From assembly GCA_031459915.1 (NCBI GenBank), contig JAVKHO010000031.1:1-12974 (forward strand): a stretch of DNA of 12,974 nucleotides. Direction: 5' to 3'. Every line of letters starts with the position of its first letter. The first letter of the stretch is position 1. Below, one piece after another: positions 7,174 through 12,974 of the stretch. The translations under genes were made by a program, and so were the position numbers. The notes beneath the pieces were generated by a model. That model was given only the letters and a program-made list of their open reading frames with translations, was not told the origin of the DNA and did no database searches. This stretch comes from Candidatus Tepidifontimicrobium thermophilum. GTDB taxonomy: Bacteria; Sysuimicrobiota; Sysuimicrobiia; Sysuimicrobiales; Sysuimicrobiaceae.

Positions 7174-8670
7174 ATGCCGGCGAGGACCGGGGCACAGTAC
7201 CTGGAGGGGCTGCGGAGCCGTCCGCGGGAGCTGTGGTACGAGGGCAAGCGGGTGGAAGACCCCACGGAGCACCCCGCCTTCCGGAACATCACCCGCAGCG
7301 TGGCGGCCCTGTACGACCTGCAGCACCACCCGGAGCTGCGGGACGAGATGACCTACCCGTCGCCCACCACGGGGCAGCCGGTGGGACTGTCGTTTTTGAT
7401 CCCGCGGACCGTGGAGGACCTCGTCCGGACCCGGCGCATGATGAAGCGCTGGGCGGACTACTCCGGGGGCTTCATGGGCCGGAGCCCCGACTACCTGAAC
7501 CGCGCCCTGGTGGGCTACGCGTCCGCCGCGGACTACTGCGCGGAGCTGGACCCGCGGTTCGGGGAGAACATCCGGCGGTACTACGAGTTCGTCCGGGAGA
7601 ACGACCTCTGCCTGACCCACACCCTGATCAACCCGCAGGCGAACCGGTCCGTGGGGCCGGCCCGGCAGGCGGACCCGTACCTGGCCTGCCGGGTGGTACA
7701 GGAGGACGCGCAGGGGATCGTCCTCCGCGGCGCCCGGATGCTGGCCACCCTGCCCACTGCGGACGAGATCCTGGTGTTCCCCTCCACGCTGTTGAAGAGC
7801 GGCGAGGAGGACGCGCCGTACGCCTTCGCGGTGGCCGTGCCCTGCGACGCGCCCGGGCTGCGCTTCCAGTGCCGGGAGTCCTTTGACTACGGCCGGTCCG
7901 CCTTCGACCACCCCCTGGGCAGCCGCTTCGAGGAGATGGACGCAGTGGTCCTCTTCGACGACGTGCGGGTGCCCTGGGACCGGGTGTTCCTCCTGCGGGA
8001 CGTGGACCGCTGCAACCGCGCGTTCGCCGCCACCGGGGCGGTGGCCTTCATGGCCCACCAGGTCGTGACCAAGAACGTGGCGAAAACGGAGTTCCTCCTG
8101 GGCGTGGCGTCCCTGATCGTGGACACCATCGCCATCGAGGGCTACCAGCACGTGCACGAGAAGATGGCGGAGATCATCATCGTGCTGGAGGCCATGCGGG
8201 CGTTTTTGGTCGCGAGCGAGGTGGAAGCCCAGCCCAACCGGTGGGGGGTGCTGCAGCCCGCCTGGCCGCCCCTGGACGCGGCCCGCAACCTGTACGTGCG
8301 GGCCTACCCGCGGTTGGTGGAGATCCTCCAGCAGCTGGGGGCCTCGGGGTTCATGGCCATCCCCACAGAGAAGGACCTCCAGGGCCCCATGGGGCCGACC
8401 ATCCGCCGGTACTACCAGGCCGCTCGGGCAGAGGCCACGGAGCGCATCAAGCTGTTCCGGCTGGCGTGGGACATCGCCGTCAGCGCCTTCGGTTCCCGCC
8501 AGGTCCTGTACGAGCGCTTCTTCTTCGGCGACCCGGTCCGCATGGCGGGAGCGATGTTCCAGTCCTACGACCGGCGGCCGTACATGGAGCGGGTGCGGGA
8601 GTTCCTGGAGCGGGCAGAGCAGCAGTCTCCCGCCCTGCCCGAGGAAACGCCGGCGGTGTCCCGTGAGTGA
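7174..8670 (+). CDS. hpaB: 4-hydroxyphenylacetate 3-monooxygenase, oxygenase component
   Basis: MPARTGAQYLEGL, HPAFRN, GFMGRSPDYLN, THTLINPQANR, GARMLATLP, DHPLGSRFEEMDA, FGSRQVLYERFFFGDP. ATG 7174 is better spaced from SD GGAGG than ATG 7168. Confidence 0.95.
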   Translation: MPARTGAQYLEGLRSRPRELWYEGKRVEDPTEHPAFRNITRSVAALYDLQHHPELRDEMTYPSPTTGQPVGLSFLIPRTVEDLVRTRRMMKRWADYSGGFMGRSPDYLNRALVGYASAADYCAELDPRFGENIRRYYEFVRENDLCLTHTLINPQANRSVGPARQADPYLACRVVQEDAQGIVLRGARMLATLPTADEILVFPSTLLKSGEEDAPYAFAVAVPCDAPGLRFQCRESFDYGRSAFDHPLGSRFEEMDAVVLFDDVRVPWDRVFLLRDVDRCNRAFAATGAVAFMAHQVVTKNVAKTEFLLGVASLIVDTIAIEGYQHVHEKMAEIIIVLEAMRAFLVASEVEAQPNRWGVLQPAWPPLDAARNLYVRAYPRLVEILQQLGASGFMAIPTEKDLQGPMGPTIRRYYQAARAEATERIKLFRLAWDIAVSAFGSRQVLYERFFFGDPVRMAGAMFQSYDRRPYMERVREFLERAEQQSPALPEETPAVSRE

Positions 8671-9217
8671 GGCGCCCGACCCGAAGGAGTTCCGCCGGGT
8701 CATGGGGCTGTTCGCCACGGGGGTCACGGTGGTGACCTCCGCCGTCGGGGAGCGGACCCACGCCATGACCGCCAACGCGGTGATGTCGGTGTCTTTGGAC
8801 CCGCTGCTGGTCTGCGTGTCGGTGGGCCGCAGCGCGCGGATGAACGCGTTCCTGGAGGAAGCCGGCGGGTTCGTCCTCAACATCCTCTCGGAGGCTCAGG
8901 AGGACCTGTCCCGGTACTTCGCGGGCATGTGGCAGCGACCGACCCCGCCGGACTACCGGTTCGTCCCGTGGGTGGGCGGCCCGCGCCTGGAAGGCGCCCT
9001 GGCCAGCGTGGGCTGCGCGGTGGACCGGGTGGTGGAGGCCGGGGACCACCGGCTGTTCCTGGGCCGGGTGCTGGCCCTGCACCGGTCCGAGGGGCCTCTG
9101 CGGCCTCTCCTGTTCTTCGCGGGCAGTTACCACCGGCTCCAGCACCCGGCAGCCTCTGCCCGTGACCCCGTGGAGATCTGGCGGCCGGAACAGATCCAGA
9201 TCTTCTACGAGCAGTAA
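8663..9217 (+). CDS. hpaC: Flavin reductase, reductase component of 4-HPA 3-monooxygenase
   Basis: FRRVMGLFATGVTVVT, MTANAVMSVSLDP, EAGDHRLFLGRV, PLLFFAGSY; overlaps the hpaB stop. Confidence 0.88.
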   Translation: MSEAPDPKEFRRVMGLFATGVTVVTSAVGERTHAMTANAVMSVSLDPLLVCVSVGRSARMNAFLEEAGGFVLNILSEAQEDLSRYFAGMWQRPTPPDYRFVPWVGGPRLEGALASVGCAVDRVVEAGDHRLFLGRVLALHRSEGPLRPLLFFAGSYHRLQHPAASARDPVEIWRPEQIQIFYEQ

Positions 9218-9225
9218 CCCCTGCG

Positions 9226-11724
9226 GTGGAGCAGGTTCAGCCGGCACCCCCGAAGTCCCCAGGGCTCGACTCCGCAGAGGTGGCGCGACGGCTGGCCCGC
9301 TACGGGCCGAACGAGCCCGCCCCCCCGCCTCGCCACACGGCCCTCCGACAGCTGGTTCAGCTTCTGTCCAACCCCCTGACCCTCACCCTGCTGGTGGCAA
9401 GCGGGGTCGCGGCTGCCCTGGGAGAGCCGGAAGACGCCGGCTTGATCGTGGCCATCGTCGCCCTGAGCACCCTGGTGAACCTGGCTCAGCACCACCGCTC
9501 CCAGCGGGCCGTGGAACAGTTGCGGGCGGGCACGGCGCTCACCGCCACGGTGTTCCGGGACGGCCGGTGGCAGGAGGTGCCCCGAAGCCAGCTGGTGCCG
9601 GGAGACGTGGTACGCCTGGTGGCCGGGGACCTGGTCCCCGCGGACTGCCGGCTGCTGGAGGCCAGCCACCTGTTCGTCCAGCAGGCCAGCCTCACGGGAG
9701 AGTCCATGCCGGTGGAGAAGGCCGCGGACCGCCTCGCCCCACCTTCGCAGGACCCGGACGCCTCCCACATGGTGTTCCTGGGCTCTTCGGTGGTCAGCGG
9801 GTCCGGGCTGGCGGAGGTGGTGGCCACGGGACCGCGCTCGGTGTTCGGGGGCCTGGCCCGGAGGCTGGCTGCAAGCCCGCCGGAGACGGAGTTCGAACGC
9901 GGGTTGCGGGAGTTCAGCTACCTGATCACCCGCACCGTGGTGTTCCTGGTCCTGTTCGTGTTGAGCGTCTCCACGGCTTTCGGACGGCCGCCCCTCGACA
10001 GCCTCCTGTTCGCCCTGGCCCTGGCCGTCGGGCTCACTCCGGAGTTCCTGCCCATGGTGACCACCGTGGCCCTGGCCCAGGGCGCGGTGCGCATGGCCAG
10101 GCGCAAAGCCCTCGTCCGCAACCTCGCGAGAATCGAGGACCTGGGCAGCGTGGACGTGCTCTGCACGGACAAGACCGGGACGCTCACGGAGGGTCGGATG
10201 CGGCTGGAACGCTCCGTGGACCTGGACGGCCGTCCGCACCGGAGGGCGCAGGCCCTGGCGTGGCTGAACAGCCGGTACCACGAAGGACCGCCCAATCCCC
10301 TGGACGCCGCCCTGCTGGAACAGCCCGCGCCGGACTGGCCGACTGCCGTCAAGGTGGGCGAGGTCCCCTTCGACTTCGACCGGCGCCGCGTCTCCGTGGC
10401 GGTCCAGGTGGGAGGGGAGGTCCTTTTGGTCACCAAGGGAGCTCCCGAGTCCGTGTTGCCCTGCTGTACCGGGTTCGAAACCGCGGGGGGCACAGCTGTC
10501 CTGGACGTGGGCGCGCAGCACCGCGCGGCGCACACGGTCGCAGCCCTGAGCGGGGAGGGCCTGCGCACCCTGGCGGTGGCGTGGCGCCCCTTGTCCGCGG
10601 AAGAGGCCGACGGGTTGGACGTGGCGTCCGAGCGGGGCCTGGTGCTAGCCGGGTTCGTGGCGTTCGCGGACCCGCCGGTGGTGGAGGCGGCCGACCTCAT
10701 GCAGCACCTGGAGGCCCAGGGCCTGCAGGTCAAACTCGTCACGGGCGACCACGAGCTCGTGGCCGTACACGTGTGGCGCGCGCTGGGACGGGAGCCCCGG
10801 CGGGTGGTGGTGGGTGCCGAACTGGCTCGTTTGGACGCCTCCGCCCTGGAGCAGGTGGCGGAGGAGGCAGACATCTTCGCCCGGGTAAGTCCGGTGCAGA
10901 AACACCAGCTGGTCCTGGCCCTCAAGCGACGCGGGCACGTGGTGGGCTTCCTCGGGGACGGGATCAACGACGCGCCCAGCCTCCATGCGGCGGACGTGGG
11001 GATCTCGGTGGTCGGCGCCGCGGACGTGGCGCGGGAGGCGGCGGACGTGGTGCTGCTGGACCGGCGCCTCACGACCGTGTACGACGCCATCGTCGAGGGG
11101 CGGCTGGCGTTCGGCAACGTCCTGAAGTTCCTGCTCATGGAGACCAGCTCCAACTTCGGCAACGTGTTCAGCATGGCGGGCGCGGCGCTTTTCCTGCCGT
11201 TCCTGCCCATGCTCCCGCACCAGATTTTGCTGAACAACTTCCTGTACGACCTGGCGCAGATCAGCATCCCCGCCGACCCGGTGGACCCGGACCTGGCGGC
11301 CCGGCCGCGGCGGTGGGACGTGCGGTTCATCCGGTCCTTCATGCTGTGGGTCGGACCGGTGAGTTCGGTGTTCGACTTCCTGACCTTCTTCGTGCTGCTG
11401 CGGGTGCTGCGCGCCCCCGAGGCGATGTTCCACACGGGGTGGTTCGTGGAGTCCCTGGCCACCCAGTGCCTGGTGGTGTTCGTGATCCGCACCGCGAAAG
11501 CGCCCTGGCGTCACCGCCCCAGCCGGGCCCTGGTGGCCAACGTCCTGGCCTGCGTGGGGATCGGGCTGCTGCTCCCCTACTCGCCCCTGGCCGGCCCCCT
11601 CGGGTTTGCGCCGCTTCCCGCGTCCTACCTGGCCTTCATCCTGGCAGCCACGGTGGGCTATCTGCTCGCCACGGAGGTGGCGAAACGGGTGGCCTTCCGG
11701 CGCGGGGGCCTGCTGGCGCACTGA
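9226..11724 (+). CDS. mgtA: Magnesium-translocating P-type ATPase (P3B, MgtA/MgtB-like)
   Basis: LTGESMPVEK, AVGLTPEFLPM, phosphorylation site DKTGTLT (Asp at 10168), PFDFDRRR, TKGAPE, TGD, GDGINDAP, SSNFGNVFSM, ILLNNFLYD, FHTGWFVESLATQ. Confidence 0.92.
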   Translation: MEQVQPAPPKSPGLDSAEVARRLARYGPNEPAPPPRHTALRQLVQLLSNPLTLTLLVASGVAAALGEPEDAGLIVAIVALSTLVNLAQHHRSQRAVEQLRAGTALTATVFRDGRWQEVPRSQLVPGDVVRLVAGDLVPADCRLLEASHLFVQQASLTGESMPVEKAADRLAPPSQDPDASHMVFLGSSVVSGSGLAEVVATGPRSVFGGLARRLAASPPETEFERGLREFSYLITRTVVFLVLFVLSVSTAFGRPPLDSLLFALALAVGLTPEFLPMVTTVALAQGAVRMARRKALVRNLARIEDLGSVDVLCTDKTGTLTEGRMRLERSVDLDGRPHRRAQALAWLNSRYHEGPPNPLDAALLEQPAPDWPTAVKVGEVPFDFDRRRVSVAVQVGGEVLLVTKGAPESVLPCCTGFETAGGTAVLDVGAQHRAAHTVAALSGEGLRTLAVAWRPLSAEEADGLDVASERGLVLAGFVAFADPPVVEAADLMQHLEAQGLQVKLVTGDHELVAVHVWRALGREPRRVVVGAELARLDASALEQVAEEADIFARVSPVQKHQLVLALKRRGHVVGFLGDGINDAPSLHAADVGISVVGAADVAREAADVVLLDRRLTTVYDAIVEGRLAFGNVLKFLLMETSSNFGNVFSMAGAALFLPFLPMLPHQILLNNFLYDLAQISIPADPVDPDLAARPRRWDVRFIRSFMLWVGPVSSVFDFLTFFVLLRVLRAPEAMFHTGWFVESLATQCLVVFVIRTAKAPWRHRPSRALVANVLACVGIGLLLPYSPLAGPLGFAPLPASYLAFILAATVGYLLATEVAKRVAFRRGGLLAH

Positions 11725-11763
11725 CACCCCTCGGTGGGGCCTCCCGGGGTTCGCCAGGGCCTG

Positions 11764-12759
11764 TCAGGCTTCGCGGGGCGGCGCACGGTCTGCAAGGACT
11801 TCGGGGTTCACGGGGTTCGGCGGGCGCTGGCCGCGCAGGACCGCGAGGACGTTCTCCGCGGCCACCCGGGACGCGCGGGCGATGGCCTCGCGGGTGTGGG
11901 AGGCCATGTGGGGCGACAGCAGCAGGTTGGGCGCGCCGAGGAGCGGGGAGGTGCGCGGGGGCTCTTCCTCGAACACGTCACAGGCAGCCCCCGCGATCCA
12001 GCCCTCCCGGAGGGCCCGGGCGAGGGCCGCCTCGTCCACCACCCCGCCGCGGGCGGTGTTCACGAGGTAGCTCGTACGTTTCATGCGGCGCAGCTCCGCT
12101 TCTCCCAGGAGGTGGTGAGTCTCAGGCAGCAGGGGTAGGTGGAGGCTCAGGAAGTCCGCCTCCTCCAGAACCCGGTGGAACTGCACCAGCTCCACCCCCA
12201 ACTCCCGGGCCGCCTCGTGGTCGGGCTGCGGGTCGTAGGCCAGGACGCGCAACCCGAAGCCCCGCGCCCGCTCGGCCACCCGCTGCCCGATGCGGCCGAA
12301 CCCCAGCAGTCCCAGGACCTTGCCCCGGAGCTCGACGCCCACAAGGGGGGGCCAGTCGCCCGCGCGCACCGCCCGGTCGGCTTCCACCACACGGCGGACC
12401 AGGGCCAGGAGCAGAGCGAGGGTGAAGTCCGCCACGCTGTCCGCGTTCACGCTGGGAGCGTTGGTCACGACCACCCCGAACTCGGTGGCGGCCTGCACGT
12501 CCACGGTGTCCGTGCCGATCCCGTTTCGGGCCACAACCCGCAGGCGCGGCCGGCCTGCCGCCAGGGCTCTCCGGCCCACCCGGTCTATGCCCGCGACCAG
12601 CCCGTCGAACTCACCCAGCAGGCCGGCGAGCTCGTCCTCCTGGAGGGGCCGGTCCACGGGGGACGGCACGACCTCCACCCCCGCCGCCTCGAGCAGCTCG
12701 AGTCCCTCCCGTCCCTCCCGGAAGAACGACCTGGGCGTTGCGAGAACGCGATGTCCCAT
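11764..12759 (-). CDS. D-isomer-specific 2-hydroxyacid dehydrogenase (phosphoglycerate dehydrogenase-like, no ACT domain)
   Basis: Start ATG 12759 with SD GGGAG (MGHRVLATPRSF); Rossmann GFGRIG, LAYDP, LHLPL, catalytic NTARG / DVFEEEP / SPHMA. Confidence 0.9.
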   Translation of the reverse strand: MGHRVLATPRSFFREGREGLELLEAAGVEVVPSPVDRPLQEDELAGLLGEFDGLVAGIDRVGRRALAAGRPRLRVVARNGIGTDTVDVQAATEFGVVVTNAPSVNADSVADFTLALLLALVRRVVEADRAVRAGDWPPLVGVELRGKVLGLLGFGRIGQRVAERARGFGLRVLAYDPQPDHEAARELGVELVQFHRVLEEADFLSLHLPLLPETHHLLGEAELRRMKRTSYLVNTARGGVVDEAALARALREGWIAGAACDVFEEEPPRTSPLLGAPNLLLSPHMASHTREAIARASRVAAENVLAVLRGQRPPNPVNPEVLADRAPPREA

Positions 12760-12827
12760 TGAAACTCCCACCGGAGCACTATAAACGCTGGTGGCTACGC
12801 CTGGCTCTGATACCGGTTGACGATTCC

Positions 12828-12852
12828 GAGGTTCCGTCAAAAAGTGGGTAAA
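12828..12852. repeat. Putative IS256 terminal inverted repeat (downstream of the transposase)
   Basis: GAGGTTCCGTCAAAAAGTGGGTAAA; the partner repeat would lie outside the window. Confidence 0.7.
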
Positions 12853-12855
12853 CAC

Positions 12856-12974
12856 TCAGGCGGCGACCTCCTTCCCGGCGGCCTCGATCCCGTCCTCGTA
12901 CCGGACCCCCACGTAAACCTTGGCCAGCAGCTCCGGGGCGTTCAGCCGCCGGAACCTCGTCTGGGCCACCATCA
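12856..12974 (-). CDS. IS256 family transposase, C-terminal fragment
   Basis: Manual translation: ...MVAQTRFRRLNAPELLAKVYVGVRYEDGIEAAGKEVAA* (TGA at 12858-12856). The FRRLNAPELL...V.Y.DG...AA ending is characteristic of IS256 (Mutator-type) transposases. Confidence 0.85.
   Translation of the reverse strand, partial: MVAQTRFRRLNAPELLAKVYVGVRYEDGIEAAGKEVAA

Larger units (their letters stand above)
12828..12974 (-). mobile_element. IS256 family insertion sequence, 3' end (continues beyond the window)
   Basis: Transposase C-terminus followed 3 nt after its stop by the terminal sequence TTTACCCACTTTTTGACGGAACCTC, which resembles IS256-family terminal inverted repeats as I recall them. Confidence 0.8.

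Noticed and set aside
11725..11763. G/C hairpins between mgtA and the dehydrogenase
   Set aside because: Short stems with no U-tract; not distinguishable from GC-rich background.
9162..12425. 1087-aa plus-strand ORF and other long overlapping ORFs (316-1281, 377-1690, 6498-7886, 6925-8883, 9918-11492)
   Set aside because: Mostly Arg/Gly/Pro/Ala/Ser-rich shadow or antisense frames of recognisable genes; expected from stop-codon scarcity at high GC; no motifs.
12812..12840. Hybrid promoter from the IS outward TTGACG, and the TTGACG...CGTCAA inverted repeat spanning the junction
   Set aside because: The hexamer at 17-nt spacing is ACCGGT, not a -10 box; a 6-7 bp inverted repeat is within chance.
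12760..12855. N-terminal extension of the dehydrogenase (MFTHFLTEP...)
   Set aside because: It begins within the IS256 end; family homology and the SD point to ATG 12759.

Overview
GC-rich (roughly 70% by eye) bacterial window, probably from a thermophile given the gene families (inference only). From left to right: the truncated 5' part of a coiled-coil protein of the 'MAFTVxDFxxLVRLLEERPEWR' family (-); an unexplained ~470 bp spacer; an M6-family zinc metalloprotease lipoprotein (+); a convergent lipoprotein with a long Pro-Ser/Pro-Thr stalk and a divergent clan GH-A-like glycoside hydrolase domain (-), preceded by a highly structured, AT-richer leader; a 4-hydroxyphenylacetate/homoprotocatechuate catabolic cluster (hpaD divergent from gntR-hpaI-FAH/hpaG-like-hpaB-hpaC) controlled by two interlocked TTGACA promoters and a perfect 14-bp palindrome; an MgtA-type Mg2+ P-type ATPase 8 nt after hpaC; a D-2-hydroxyacid dehydrogenase (-); and the end of an IS256-family element. 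The strongest leads are the switch-like RNA leader at 3587-3772, the overlapping promoter/operator at 4731-4786, the orphan GH-like lipoprotein, and an hpa operon that lacks hpaE/hpaH but appears to include mgtA.
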